Assembly (NCBI GenBank): GCA_032718475.1
Contig: JAUCBJ010000961.1
Location: 42,417 to 106,416, forward strand
Direction of reading: 5' to 3'
DNA: 64,000 nt
Source of the DNA: Nemertoderma westbladi
Lineage: Eukaryota; Animalia; Xenacoelomorpha
Positions 26,704 through 42,289 of the stretch are shown here, in pieces. How positions within the stretch are numbered: the first letter of the stretch is position 1; each line of letters begins with the position of its first letter. A program made the translations under genes and the position numbers. Under the pieces are notes generated by a model. It ran no database searches, was not told the DNA's origin, and was given only the letters and a program-made list of their open reading frames with translations.

Positions 26704-29146
26704 TTAAGGATGGAAGGAACTCCTGAGAGACGTGAATTCAATGCAACCAATACAACAAGCTGACTCTGTTTTATACCATACCCAACCGCCACCAATAAGG
26801 ATTAAACAAATAATTATCTTTATCACTTTTCTTATTTAATTCAAATTCACATGGGTTTATCAGATTGAAGAGTAAATTTTCTTATAAATATAATAAATGC
26901 GAGAAAAGGCATAGCACTTAATGAAGACGGTTGCTTATACACGTGGGAAAATAATACAAAACGTGAAGATTAACATATAAAATGATTGAATTTGATCTCT
27001 AGTGTTGAGTTAAAGAGTAATTTATTATTGTTGATTAAATTAGTATTAAAATTCCATGGCGAGAATCGGTGTAATTTTACGTTTTCAAAAGACAATTTAA
27101 TTCATAATTTACTCCAGAATACCTAAAATCGTAAAAATTACGGAAAATAACATAATTAAATCGACAGAGAAAAGCAATTCGGTGGGTGAAAAACTACGCG
27201 AAGCAAAATCGCCAAAAAATACAAGTAACTATAATAAATAATACGAGAATAAATGTCACTGTTTAAATGGATATATTGGTAGGCCAACCGATAAACTTTA
27301 ATTACATCGTTAATAACTAACATCGTATAGGAGCTCCAATCGCGACAAAGTGTTAAGTTATGTTCTACTGTAGAAAATATTCTACTGTTTAGCCAATAAT
27401 TATTAATCATCTGTTTTTATTTTTTTTTCACTTACTGAGCGCCAGCGATGTTAATAATGGGTTGAGAGAAAACTGAAAATAAAAGTTCTAAGTTTTTTCC
27501 CATGTAATACGTAATTTTATTCTTAAATTGGTACTTTTTGTTGTTGCTAATATCTTTAATAAAACATAGAGCGATTTAGTGTTACAAAATAAATTAAACT
27601 TTAGTATTTAACTATATTATTTCCATAGTTACTGCGATTCTAATTATTGTACTCTTCAACTCCTATTGCTGCCTTACTCAATGTTAAATAATTTAATGTT
27701 CTCGAATATTTATTACGTAACTAGAGAGCCGCTTAACAACATAAACCAATATTGGATATTGAGTTCCGTTTTGGAGTTCGTCTTGCAGACACTAAAGTTG
27801 CAATTACTTTCGAGTGTGTGGGTGGATTTTGCTCAAATTGCTTGCAAAGATTTTCTATTTCTATACATGTAATTATATTAATAATATGTTAAGAAATTCA
27901 CCGAAAATATTTTCTTATTTGAATTTTTTCCCGGGAAAAAAGTAAAATAAATGCAATCCTATGCGTTACTTTTTTCCCTAGAGAAAAGGTTCTCTTTATC
28001 TCCCGATTGTAGCTGTGATATAAGCGCGAAAAAGTAACATTTTAAGAATAAAATATATTTTTAAAGATTCGATTTAATCATAAATGGATGAATGCAAATA
28101 AATGCAAATTTGACATCATGACAAAGTTTTGGTACACTTACACACTTATTAAATGGAGATAGTTTATTTTTAAATAATACTGCTCATAATCGTGAACATA
28201 CCCAAACCCTTGGTAATTTTCTTGGTTCATTTTCCACCCACTAAAATATTGTTTTACATTTTCCAAATAATTAAATGCATAGAGTAGCACAATAATTAGG
28301 TATAATTAGCCGGATATCGGATAATAATTACATGACATCCACAAAGGCCGGGTTGATTGGCTGCATATATAAAAAAAATCAAAATACATACACTGCGCAA
28401 ATAATGGGAAAAGTTGTTAACGCAACAGATTATTTATTTAAATAAAGTTACTGCAACTAAACGCAATAGATACCAAAATAGTTACATCTACTTACTTGGT
28501 TGGGAATACAATTACTGGATATTTCAAGAAGATTCTTAAACTAAAACACTAACATCTATTATAGCTAAAGGGTAATACAATGGGTAAATAAACTATCTAT
28601 AAATAAAGTAGCTTTAGTAAATAATGCAGATTATTATGCTCGTGTTAGCTCGAAATATGAATCGGACACAAAGGATGTCTCCTAGGAAACTAATGAGCTG
28701 CAGGTTAAACATTCTGGCAATATGGAGGAGGTCAGTACGGAAGACTTCGCCAATGGAGGCCTACACGAAAACTTGAAGAAATAATGATTAAAAATAAAAT
28801 CGCATAATGAAACCTGTTACTTACCCAATATAGCACAATTATTATTAAGGGGGTCATTTTAATGCAAATAATAATGTTAAACTTAAATTCATTCATCAGC
28901 CAAACCAAACACCACGAGGTATTAATTGTAACCGCTTCTAAATAAAACTTGTTTCTAATTAAATAGCAAAATGTGTACCAATAAAGACAAGATACCAATA
29001 ATATTCTGTGGTGGTAATGAGGCGTGGTGGGTATGTCTGGGGTTCCGATACCACAATACAAACACACTTACATACTATACAGGCAGTTCGTTAACATCAC
29101 GTTAAAGGCAGATTGTGTCACAATATTAGCTGGTGGTCAGTTGATG

Positions 29147-30678
29147 GTTCCGGTTACGTATTGACCTGGTTCCGGTTTGGTTACGTATTGACCTGGTTCC
29201 GGTTACGTATTGACCTGGTTCCGGTTTGGTTACGTATTGACCTGGTTCAGGTTTGGTTACGTATTGACCTGGTTCCGGTTACGTATTGACCTGGTTCCGG
29301 TTTGGTTACGTATTGACCTGGTTCCGGTTTCGTATTGACCTGGTTCCGGTTTGGTTACGTATTGACCTGGTTCCGGTTACGTATTGACCTGGTTCAGGTT
29401 TGGTTACGTATTGAACTGGTTCCGGTTACGTATTGACCTGGTTCCGGTTACGTATTGACCTGGTTCAGGTTTGGTTACGTATTGACCTTGTTCCGGTTAC
29501 GTATTGACCTGGTTCCGGTTTGGTAACGTATTGACCTGGTTCCGGTTACGTATTGACCTGGTTCCGGTTACGTATTGACCTGGTTCAGGTTTGGTTACGT
29601 ATTGACTTTGTTCCGGTTACGTATTGACCTTGTTCCGGTTACGTATTGACCTGGTTCCGGTTACGTGTTCCGGTTACATATTGACCTGGTTCCGGTTTGG
29701 TTAAGTTTTGACCTGGTTCCGGTTACGTATTGACCTGGTTCAGGTTTGGTTACGTATTGACCTGGTTCCGGTTACGTATTGACCTGGTTCAGGTTTGGTT
29801 ACGTATTGACCTGGTTCCGGTTTGGTTACGTATTGACCTGGTTCAGGTTTGGTTACGTATTGACTTTGTTCCGGTTACGTATTGACCTTGTTCCGGTTAC
29901 GTATTGACCTGGTTCCGGTTTGGTTACGTATTGACCTGGTTCCGGTTACGTATTGACCTGGTTCAGGTTTGGTTACGTATTGACCTGGTTCCGGTTTGGT
30001 TACGTATTGACCTGGTTCCGGTTTGGTTACGTATTGACCTGGTTCCGGTTACGTATTGACCTGGTTCCGGTTTGGTTACGTATTGACCTGGTTCCGGTTT
30101 GATTACGTATTGACCTGGTTCCGGTTACGTATTGACCTGGTTCCGGTTTGGTTACGTATTGACTTTGTTCCGGTTACGTATTGACCTTGTTCCGGTTACG
30201 TATTGACCTGGTTCCGGTTTGATTACGTATTGACCTGGTTCCGGTTTGGTTACGTATTGACCTGGTTCCGGTTTGATTACGTATTGACCTGGTTCCGGTT
30301 TGATTACGTATTGACCTGGTTCCGGTTTGATTACGTATTGACCTGGTTCCGGTTTGGTTACGTATTGACCTGGTTTGGGTTACGTATTGACCTGGTTTGG
30401 GTTACGTATTTACCTGGTTTGGGTTACGTATTGACCTGGTTCCGGTTCGGTTACGTATTGACCTGGTTCCGGTTACGTATTGACCTGGTTCAGGTTTGGT
30501 TACGTATTGACCTGGTTTGGGTTACGTATTGACCTGGTTTGGGTTACGTATTGACCTGGTTCCGGTTTGGGTTACGTATTGACCTGGTTCCGGTTCGGTT
30601 ACGTATTGACCTGGTTTGGGTTACGTATTGACCTGGTTTGGGTTACGTATTGACCTGGTTTGGGCTACGTATTGACCT
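29147..30678. repeat. 22/27-bp minisatellite CCGGTT(TGGTT)ACGTATTGACCTGGTT
   Basis: Directly visible; two unit lengths interspersed, with a TGGGTT variant at the right end. Confidence 0.98.
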
Positions 30679-31286
30679 AAACCTTCTAATACCTACAAAT
30701 TCCTAAATAAATAGCACAATTTTGAATAAACAGTTTGGTCAAAAAAAGATCATGATCTTTTTTTTAGAAAAATCAATTCTACTGGTATCTGTCAAATGGA
30801 ATGGCATTGTAACAAGACTGAAACTTAATTTTAAATTAATCAATGAACAATTATGAATTAATTAACGAAGTATAATGATATTTATGATATGTAAATTAAG
30901 TTAGATTCTATCTATAGCTATTCAACACTAAATCTCTACAGGCTGCATAATATTAGATAATAATTTATAAACCAAAACTGCGAAGACAATACTAAATCGA
31001 CGGCTAATTAATTGTATAAAAATAAAGCTAAATAAATTGATCGGTTTATATACAAAGTGGACCAACAGCAAACTCTGATTGGCGTTAAGGTATGATCATG
31101 GACTCTAGTAGACGTACTCCAAATTATTGCTTAAGGCCACTGAACGTCAAATTAATTATATGGCTAGACAGTCCACGCTGTTTAGTGAACACGGTACTAC
31201 CGGTACATAGATACATAAACAACAGAAATGAGCACCAAGCATTAATTGTTAGTCGCAGTCACTTATAATGCCACTCTAATCAAACT

Positions 31287-34200
31287 CATCCGACAGCAAC
31301 CCACTCCATCCGGCTGCAACCCACTCCATCCGACTGCAACCCACCCAATCCGACAGCAACCCACTCCATCCGACAGCAACCCACCCCATCCTACAGCAAC
31401 CCACTCCATCCGACAGCAACCCACCCCATCCTACAGCAACCCACTCCATCCGACAGCAACCCACTCCATCCTACACCAACCCACTCCATCCGACAGCAAC
31501 CCACTCCATCCTACACCAACCCACTAAATTCGACAGCAACCCACCCAATCGGACAGCAACCCACCCCATCCGACAGCAACCCACTCCATCCGACAGCAAC
31601 CGACTCCATCCGACTGCAAACCCACCCAATCCGACAGCAACCCACTCCACCCGACAGCAACCCACCCAATCCGACAGCAACCCACTCCATCCGACAGCAA
31701 CCCACTCCATCCGACAGCAACCCACTCCATCCGGCAGCAACCCACTCCATCCGGCTGCAACCCACTCCATCCGACAGCAACCCACTCCATCCGACAGCAA
31801 CCCACCCAATCCGACAGCAACCCACTCCATCCGACAGCAACCCACTCCATCCGACAGCAACCGACTCCATCCGACAGCAACCCACCCAATCCGACAGCAA
31901 CCCACTCTATCCGACAGCAACCCACTCCATCCGACAGCAACCCACCCAATCCGACAGCAACCCACTCCATCCGACAGCAACCGACTCCATCCAACAGCAA
32001 CCCACCCAATCCGACAGCAACCCACTCCATCCGACAGCAACCCACCCAATCCGACAGCAACCCACTCCATCCGACAGCAACCCACTCCATCCGACAGCAA
32101 CCCACTCCATCCGACAGCAACCCACCCAATCCGACAGCAACCCACTCCATCCGACAGCAACCCACTCCATCCGACAGCAACCCACCCCATCCTACAGCAA
32201 CCCACTCCATCCGACAGCAACCCACTCCATCCTACACCAACCCACTCCATCCGACAGCAACCCACTCCATCCTACACCAACCCACTCCATCCGTCAGCAG
32301 CCCACTCCATCCGACAGCAACCCACTCCATCCGACAGCAACCCACCCCATCCGACAGCAACCCACTCCATCCGACAGCAACCGACAGCAACCCACCCAAT
32401 CCGACAGCAACCCACTCTATCCGACAGCAACCCACTCCATCCCCCGATAGCAACTCACTCTATCCGACAACAACTCACTCTATCCGACAACATCACACTC
32501 TATCCGACAACAACTCACTCTATCCGACAACAACTCACTCTATCCGACAACATCACACTCTATCCGACAACAACTCACTCTATCCGACAACAACTCACTC
32601 TATCCGACAGCAACCCACTCCATCCCCCGATAGCAACTCACTCTATCCGACAACAACTCACTCTATCCGACAACATCACACTCTATCCGACAACAACTCA
32701 CTCTATCCGACAACAACTCACTCTATCCGACAACATCACACTCTATCCGACAACAACTCACTCTATCCGACAACATCACACTCTATCCGACAACAACTCA
32801 CTCTATCCGACAACATCACACTCTATCCGACAACAACTCACTCTATCCGACAACATCACACTCTATCCGACAACAACTCACTCTATCCGACAACATCACA
32901 CTCTATCCGACAACAACTCACTCTATCCGACAACATCACACTCTATCCGACAACAACTCACTCTATCCGACAACATCACACTCTATCCGACAACATCACA
33001 CTCTATCCGACAACAACTCACTCTATCCGACAACATCACACTCTATCCGACAACATCACACTCTATCCGACAACAACTCACTCTATCCGACAACAACTCA
33101 CTCTATCCGACAGCTACCCACTCCATCCCCCGATAGCAACTCACTCTATCCGACAACAACTCACTCTATCCGACAACATCACACTCTATCCGACAACAAC
33201 TCACTCTATCCGACAACAACTCACTCTATCCGACAGCAACCCACTCCATCCCCCGATAGCAACTCACTCTATCCGACAACAACTCACTCTATCCGACAAC
33301 ATCACACTCTATCCGACAACAACTCACTCTATCCGACAACAACTCACTCTATCCGACAACATCACACTCTATCCGACAACAACTCACTCTATCCGACAAC
33401 ATCACACTCTATCCGACAACAACTCACTCTATCCGACAACATCACACTCTATCCGACAACAACTCACTCTATCCGACAACATCACACTCTATCCGACAAC
33501 AACTCACTCTATCCGACAACATCACACTCTATCCGACAACAACTCACTCTATCCGACAACATCACACTCTATCCGACAACAACTCACTCTATCCGACAAC
33601 ATCACACTCTATCCGACAACATCACACTCTATCCGACAACAACTCACTCTATCCGACAACATCACACTCTATCCGACAACATCACACTCTATCCGACAAC
33701 AACTCACTCTATCCGACAACAACTCACTCTATCCGACAGCAACCCACTCCATCCCCCGATAGCAACTCACTCTATCCGACAACAACTCACTCTATCCGAC
33801 AACATCACACTCTATCCGACAACAACTCACTCTATCCGACAACATCACACTCTATCCGACAACAACTCACTCTATCCGACAACATCACACTCTATCCGAC
33901 AACAACTCACTCTATCCGACAACAACTCACTCTATCCGACAACAACTCACTCTATCCTACACCAACCCACTCCATCCTACACCAACCCACTCCATCCGAC
34001 ACCAACCCATCTCTATCCGACAACAACTCACTCTATCCGACAACAACTCAATCTATCCGACAACAACTCACTCTATCCGACAACATCACACTCTATCCGA
34101 CAACAACTCACTCTATCCGACAACAACTCACTCTATCCGACAGCAACCCACTCCATCCTACACCAACCCACTCCATCCTACACCAATCCACTCCATCCTA

Positions 34201-37200
34201 CACCAACCCACTCCATCCTACACCAACCCACTCCATCCTACACCAACCCACTCCATCCTACACCAATCCACTCCATCCTACACCAACCCACTCCATCCTA
34301 CACCAACCCACTCCATCCTACACCAACCCATCTCTATCCGACAACAACCCACTCCATCCTACACCAACCCACTCCATCCTACACCAACCCACTCCATCCT
34401 ACACCAACCCATCTCTATCCGACAACAACCCACTCCATCCTACACCAACCCACTCCATCCTACACCAACCCACTCCATCCTACACCAACCCATCTCTATC
34501 CGACAACAACCCACTCCATCCTACACCAACCCACTCCATCCTACACCAACCCACTCCATCCTACACCAACCCACTCCATCCTACACCAACCCACTCCATC
34601 CTACACCAACCCACTCCATCCTACACCAATCCACTCCATCCTACACCAACCCACTCCATCCTACACCAACCCACTCCATCCTACACCAACCCATCTCTAT
34701 CCGACAACAACCCACTCCATCCTACACCAACCCACTCCATCCTACACCAACCCACTCCATCCTACACCAACCCATCTCTATCCGACAACAACCCACTCCA
34801 TCCTACACCAACCCACTCCATCCTACACCAACCCACTCCATCCTACACCAACCCATCTCTATCCGACAACAACCCACTCCATCCTACACCAACCCACTCC
34901 ATCCTACACCAACCCATCTCTATCCGACAACAACCCACTCCATCCTACACCAACCCACTCCATCCTACACCAACCCACTCCATCCTACACCAACCCACTC
35001 CATCCTACACCAACCCACTCCATCCTACACCAACCCATCTCTATCCGACAACAACCCACTCCATCCTACACCAACCCACTCCATCCTACACCAACCCACT
35101 CCATCCTACACCAACCCATCTCTATCCGACAACAACCCACTCCATCCTACACCAACCCACTCCATCCTACACCAACCCATCTCTATCCGACAACAACCCA
35201 CTCCATCCTACACCAACCCACTCCATCCTACACCAACCCATCTCTATCCGACAACAACCCACTCCATCCTACACCAACCCACTCCATCCTACACCAACCC
35301 ATCTCTATCCGACAACAACCCACTCCATCCTACACCAACCCACTCCATCCTACACCAACCCACTCCATCCTACACCAACCCATCTCTATCCGACAACAAC
35401 CCACTCCATCCTACACCAACCCACTCCATCCTACACCAACCCACTCCATCCTACACCAACCCATCTCTATCCGACAACAACCCACTCCATCCTACACCAA
35501 CCCATCTCTATCCGACAACAACCCACTCCATCCGACACCAACCCACTCCATCCTACACCAACCCACTCTATCCGACAACAACCCACTCCATCCTACACCA
35601 ACCCACTCCATCCTACACCAACCCACTCCATCCTACACCAACCCATCTCTATCCGACAACAACCCACTCCATCCTACACCAACCCACTCCATCCTACACC
35701 AACCCATCTCTATCCGACAACAACCCACTCCATCCTACACCAACCCACTCCATCCTACACCAACCCACTCCATCCTACACCAACCCATCTCTATCCGACA
35801 ACAACCCACTCCATCCTACACCAACCCACTCCATCCTACACCAACCCACTCCATCCTACACCAACCCATCTCTATCCGACAACAACCCACTCCATCCTAC
35901 ACCAACCCATCTCTATCCGACAACAACCCACTCCATCCTACACCAACCCACTCCATCCTACACCAACCCATCTCTATCCGACAACAACCCACTCCATCCT
36001 ACACCAACCCACTCCATCCTACACCAACCCACTCCATCCTACACCAACCCATCTCTATCCGACAACAACCCACTCCATCCTACACCAACCCACTCCATCC
36101 TACACCAACCCACTCCATCCTACACCAACCCATCTCTATCCGACAACAACCCACTCCATCCTACACCAACCCACTCCATCCTACACCAACCCACTCCATC
36201 CTACACCAACCCATCTCTATCCGACAACAACCCACTCCATCCTACACCAACCCACTCCATCCTACACCAACCCACTCCATCCTACACCAACCCATCTCTA
36301 TCCGACAACAACCCACTCCATCCTACACCAACCCACTCCATCCTACACCAACCCACTCCATCCTACACCAACCCATCTCTATCCGACAACAACCCACTCC
36401 ATCCTACACCAACCCACTCCATCCTACACCAACCCATCTCTATCCGACAACAACCCACTCCATCCTACACCAACCCACTCCATCCTACACCAACCCATCT
36501 CTATCCGACACCAACCCACTCCATCCTACACCAACCCACTCCATCCTACACCAACCCATCTCTATCCGACAACAACCCACTCCATCCTACACCAACCCAC
36601 TCCATCCTACACCAACCCACTCCATCCTACACCAACCCATCTCTATCCGACAACAACCCACTCCATCCTACACCAACCCACTCCATCCTACACCAACCCA
36701 TCTCTATCCGACAACAACCCACTCCATCCTACACCAACCCACTCCATCCTACACCAACCCATCTCTATCCGACAACAACCCACTCCATCCTACACCAACC
36801 CACTCCATCCTACACCAACCCATCTCTATCCGACAACAACCCACTCCATCCTACACCAACCCACTCCATCCTACACCAACCCACTCCATCCTACACCAAC
36901 CCATCTCTATCCGACAACAACCCACTCCATCCTACACCAACCCACTCCATCCTACACCAACCCATCTCTATCCGACAACAACCCACTCCATCCTACACCA
37001 ACCCACTCCATCCTACACCAACCCACTCCATCCTACACCAACCCATCTCTATCCGACAACAACCCACTCCATCCTACACCAACCCACTCCATCCTACACC
37101 AACCCACTCCATCCTACACCAACCCATCTCTATCCGACAACAACCCACTCCATCCTACACCAACCCATCTCTATCCGACAACAACCCACTCCATCCTACA

Positions 37201-38447
37201 CCAACCCACTCCATCCTACACCAACCCATCTCTATCCGACAACAACCCACTCCATCCTACACCAACCCACTCCATCCTACACCAACCCACTCCATCCTAC
37301 ACCAACCCATCTCTATCCGACAACAACCCACTCCATCCTACACCAACCCACTCCATCCTACACCAACCCACTCCATCCTACACCAACCCATCTCTATCCG
37401 ACAACAACCCACTCCATCCTACACCAACCCACTCCATCCTACACCAACCCACTCCATCCTACACCAACCCATCTCTATCCGACAACAACCCACTCCATCC
37501 TACACCAACCCACTCCATCCTACACCAACCCATCTCTATCCGACAACAACCCACTCCATCCTACACCAACCCACTCCATCCTACACCAACCCATCTCTAT
37601 CCGACAACAACCCATCTCTATCCGACAACAACCCACTCCATCCTACACCAACCCACTCCATCCTACACCAACCCATCTCTATCCGACAACAACCCACTCC
37701 ATCCTACACCAACCCACTCCATCCTACACCAACCCATCTCTATCCGACAACAACCCACTCCATCCTACACCAACCCACTCCATCCTACACCAACCCATCT
37801 CTATCCGACAACAACCCACTCCATCCTACACCAACCCACTCCATCCTACACCAACCCACTCCATCCTACACCAACCCATCTCTATCCGACAACAACCCAC
37901 TCCATCCTACACCAACCCACTCCATCCTACACCAACCCACTCCATCCTACACCAACCCATCTCTATCCGACAACAACCCACTCCATCCTACACCAACCCA
38001 CTCCATCCTACACCAACCCACTCCATCCTACACCAACCCATCTCTATCCGACAACAACCCACTCCATCCTACACCAACCCACTCCATCCTACACCAACCC
38101 ATCTCTATCCGACAACAACCCACTCCATCCTACACCAACCCACTCCATCCTACACCAACCCATCTCCATCCGACACCAACCCACTCCATCCTACACCAAC
38201 CCACTCCATCCTACACCAACCCACTCCATCCTACACCAACCCATCTCTATCCGACAACAACCCACTCCATCCTACACCAACCCACTCCATCCTACACCAA
38301 CCCATCTCTATCCGACAACAACCCACTCCATCCTACACCAACCCACTCCATCCTACACCAACCCACTCCATCCTACACCAACCCACTCCATCCTACACCA
38401 ACCCACTCCATCCTACACCAACCCATCTCTATCCGACAACATCACAC
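31287..38447. repeat. 7.2 kb 20/21-bp CA-rich minisatellite with three variant domains
   Basis: CCACTCCATCCGACAGCAAC, then TCACTCTATCCGACAACAAC, then (CCACTCCATCCTACACCAAC)n + CCATCTCTATCCGACAACAAC. Confidence 0.99.
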
Positions 38448-38480
38448 TGCATTCGAGATAAACACGAAACGCCCTCTATA

Positions 38481-38636
38481 TCACTCATTAATAACATATT
38501 TCTTCTTTCTGCCCATTTTCTCTTTGAGTTTTAGCATTTTATGTTGTTCTTTTTTATCTTTCTCGAAGATCGTCTTCAAATCTTTAATTTGTCTCTTTAA
38601 TCGGCGTTTGTCATTCGAGTTGTGAATACCAAGCAC
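38481..38636 (-). CDS. PPP1R9A: Neurabin/spinophilin last coding exon (SAM end and basic coiled-coil tail, stop TGA)
   Basis: ttattttAG| then VLGIHNSNDKRRLKRQIKDLKTIFEKDKKEQHKM...VINE*; resembles the neurabin-1 post-SAM tail; phase 0. Confidence 0.85.
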   Translation of the reverse strand: MLGIHNSNDKRRLKRQIKDLKTIFEKDKKEQHKMLKLKEKMGRKKKYVINE

Positions 38637-39188
38637 CTAAAATAATTAAACCAGCCCAATATAATAACAATATAATAATAAATAATAACTAAACTCAGTA
38701 CTATTTCTGAGACCCGTAAGGCCCCTACTCCACTGGTAAGTTGTAAATTATGTCCCAGGTTCCATCCTTTGACTTAAACGACTCTTGATTCATTGCAGAC
38801 TGGAGGCCTGTGATTGTCTTACCAGTGGGGCCCGGGCCTCACACTCGTGATAATATTAAAGTAAAGCGATGAAAGTAAAGTTTTCTTCGGCCACTAGAAT
38901 AGGGATTGCGAACAAAGTCTGACGACTTCCAGTTCGGTCCCCCCAGAACTTTACTCCCCAGAGGAAACTCCAGTACTCATTTAGCCTCTATTTAAAGATT
39001 TAGGTTAGAGATGAGGTCTGGCTAGTCCTTTTAAAGCGTTCGCGTCGAAACGAAAACTGCAGAGAGACGTGTATTCAATGCAACCTCTACAACTACACCA
39101 TAAATATGTATCTCACGTGCTGCGTATAATAAGGTACAAGAATCATCTAGAAGTGAATATTTGTATCGCTTATATAATGAAAGCAAAC

Positions 39189-39347
39189 CTTCATCTTGCT
39201 GGAGTCCAATTGGAGCAACTGAGTGATATCTATCGAGTGTTCAATGAATACAGGAAGGAGGCTGTCCATCTCGATATTGGTCAGCCATTGCCTAACTTCA
39301 TCCGGCCCCCAATCGCCTATTGGTTTATTGATTCCCGACAAACAATC
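39189..39347 (-). CDS. PPP1R9A: Neurabin exon, SAM domain
   Basis: cattacAG|DCLSGINKPIGDWGPDEVRQWLTNIEMDSLLPVFIEHSIDITQLLQLDSSKMK|GTTTGC; classic SAM pattern; phase 0/0. Confidence 0.9.
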
Positions 39348-41905
39348 CTGTAATGAGAATAGTTCTAGAATTTATAAGTATTTAAACTGATTATTTTTGA
39401 CAAATTGCAACAAACTAACTGAATCATTTCAATGTTGTTTGTTCAAACACTTATTACTTTGGGTTACAGTTTAATATAACAAGTTTATCTTCGCCAGCCA
39501 AATATCTGGAAGGCCAAATATTCTCCAAACGTAAATTAGAAAATTATTGGCCTCAATATAAAGGCTGGCGGCGGAATTGATAATTTTACTATAAACACTT
39601 AGTCCCTAAATCTTGGTCCAAATTTCTTAAGGCCACTTTTTTGAATTCAGCGCGATCGACTCTACAAAATTTATCTTATATAATTTTTAATTAGCTAATT
39701 TTAATTAATTAGTTTAATTAAATAATTTTTTTGATAAAATCAGCTATTAGATAAAATATAAAGATTTCTCCGAAATTCTATAAGATAAATGTTAAAGAAG
39801 TGCCGAAACCCTTTCGAATCAGTCGAAAATCATGATATTTGGTTGAGAAAGATAATTGCCTTTAAAGTTTAATTAAACCTTACGCGTTATGTCTGTCAAT
39901 TGTATCTAGCAACAAGAAAGCAGAAAACCATGCGTAGATTTTTTCCTTGGGGGCTTTCCAGGTCGATGATTTTATTTCTGAGGTCAGTTTTCAATTTTGA
40001 TGAAATATAGTTAGTCTGTTTGTCTGTCTGTCTGTATATTTCAAATATAAGAAAAAGGCACACCATCGAGCTAAAAGTTTAGCTATAGGGGGATTTCCTG
40101 GTCGCAAAATTCATTCCGAATGTCAGTTTTAACATTTTGATGACTTCCAAATTGTCTGTTTGGCTGGCGGTTATATTTTAATGGACAGACTGACAGGCAT
40201 ACAGACAAAAACGACGATGCCAAATTTGAATAATGACATCAGAAATGAAGTCACTGACCCCGAAATCCCCTATTGGGAATTTTTTAGACAGATAGTATAT
40301 ACGCTTTTTATTGACGGACAGACATACTGACGGTCAGAACGACAGTCAAATGGACAGACAGCCCTATCTCGAGAAGTAAGAGAGATCTTGCTTAGCGGTT
40401 TTCAAATTTGTAATCTTGATAAAAATCTGCTATTGATTAAATAGTAAAATAAAATTTGAAATTTTTTTTTATGTGGTGGTGTCAGGAAACTTAGCTGTAA
40501 CCAATCAGCATCCACCACACTTGATTATTTTAATTAACTACGATATTTACATTATTCAAATAATGTATATTAACTGTATATTATCATACATCAAAAAAAA
40601 TTATTATCTTAATTAGAATTCCAACAAGATTAGCTCCGGGTTAAGTTGCCCGGAGCCGGAGCCAGAAAATTGGCCCGGAGCCGGAGTTCTGTTGCATCCC
40701 TAGATCTATGACTGCTGATACTTTACCTAGAGAGTGAAATTCTGATATATGCAAAAATTACTGCAATTAATATAATAAAAAATTATTACAAATATAGTTG
40801 TAAGATGACAGGATGACTATAATAAACAGATGACAACAGATGTAAATTCGGGGTTCTGAAGTTCAGAACCCCGGACTGATTGACAGGGGCCAGTCACCCT
40901 TAAGGGGGCCAACTATAACCCCCACAGAAATGAAATTTTCGAAAATGTACACAATTCTTTCATGAGGTGATATCGGTTTTCAAGATTGAATTATTTTTTG
41001 ACCTCAAAACTGCTCTTTTCAACAACATAATATATTGCTGATATTTATGATTCTCTGTATAAAACAACCTTTTTATCAGTTTGTCTATTTTTTACTTTTT
41101 TTCATCACTAAATTCCCTACTACTATTTTATTTTTTACTCAATTGTCATCAAACATATACCAAAATGTTCAGCAGCTTTAGGACTACTACCGTTGGTTTC
41201 GTTTTAAAACATGGCCATTTGGATCTTCTAGAACCGATTTTGTAACTGCTACCCTTTGTCTATCACAAAATATTAGATTCCCAAAATATAGTCCGGACAT
41301 ACTAAAACCCCCATAAATTTTTCAAAAACAATAATTTTGTGCTAATAAAATTGTTTTAACGTTTTCATAGAAGATAGCCTACATATCTAGGTCCATTTTA
41401 CCAAAGTCTTGAGCCAAGAACTTTAATGCAGGTGGTATTACAGATCTTTAAACGTGAGCTAGTTTACATAATAAATGCCTCAAAATTTATAGAATTTTTG
41501 AAAAAAACCGACCTGCTCAAAAAGTGCCATATTTTTCGAAGAAAGAGTTTATGAAGCTCTATTATACTTTTTATAGCAAAGGTTTTATAAGAATAGCATA
41601 ATATCCCGTTTAGTAATGTTACAATTCTTTATGAAAACTATTCTTGCAAAGTACTTATTGGCACGCAGTCATCCAACGAAAATACTTTATATATCATTCG
41701 CAACAATTTCAGTTATTTTTAGCAGCTTTTTCTTTTGAAAGGGTTTGCGGAAAAATATGAATTTTCGGGCCATTTTTGGAAATTACTAAAATGTGCCTTA
41801 GGGCCACCAGAGGCTTAATCCGGCACTGTTCTGAAGACGGAGGGGAGGGGGGGGGGGGGGGGTCCTAAAATGCAGTTAATATTTATAACTTAAAGAAGAG
41901 CTTAC

Positions 41906-42105
41906 ACTTAGTCCTTGACTGCCGTCACTGTCAATAGAACCGGAATGTTTCCGAGATGGAGTGTTCATATTGGTTAATTGGGGACTGTCTCTGGCCGGTT
42001 GGGCGCGGGATCTCTCCTGGGCGTCGTCCAATCGGTCTGTAGAAGGAATTCCAAAACCCAGTGACGTCTTCGACACCCCTTCATCTTCGTCACTAACATA
42101 TGCTA
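41906..42105 (-). CDS. PPP1R9A: Neurabin exon (Ser/acidic low complexity)
   Basis: ttcttacacAG...|GTAAGC; VAYVSDEDEGV...DSDGSQGLS; phase 1 to 0 fits both neighbours. Confidence 0.75.
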
Positions 42106-42214
42106 CTGTGTAAGAAAATGTCACTGAATTATCATCGAAAAGGTGCTTATTTTACGAAGAATAAAATAAATAAACAAATATTATGAGTTCGCAGTTAATT
42201 CAATGTTAACTTAC

Positions 42215-42289
42215 CGTTCGCAGTCAAATCAAATGCGTCATTTCCAGCCCCGTAATCGCTACATCTGGAACTCATTTTACTCGTCTCAT
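42215..42289 (-). CDS. PPP1R9A: Neurabin exon (75 nt)
   Basis: ccttttacAG...ACG|GTAAGT; DETSKMSSRCSDYGAGNDAFDLTAN; phase 1/1. Confidence 0.75.

Noticed and set aside
27156-29067. Short AT-rich ORFs and a possible terminal exon near 28686-28783
   Set aside because: No recognisable homology and no consistent exon chain.
40727-40760. Extra neurabin microexon (TAG|GTAAAG donor)
   Set aside because: Both possible acceptors give an in-frame stop in phase 0.
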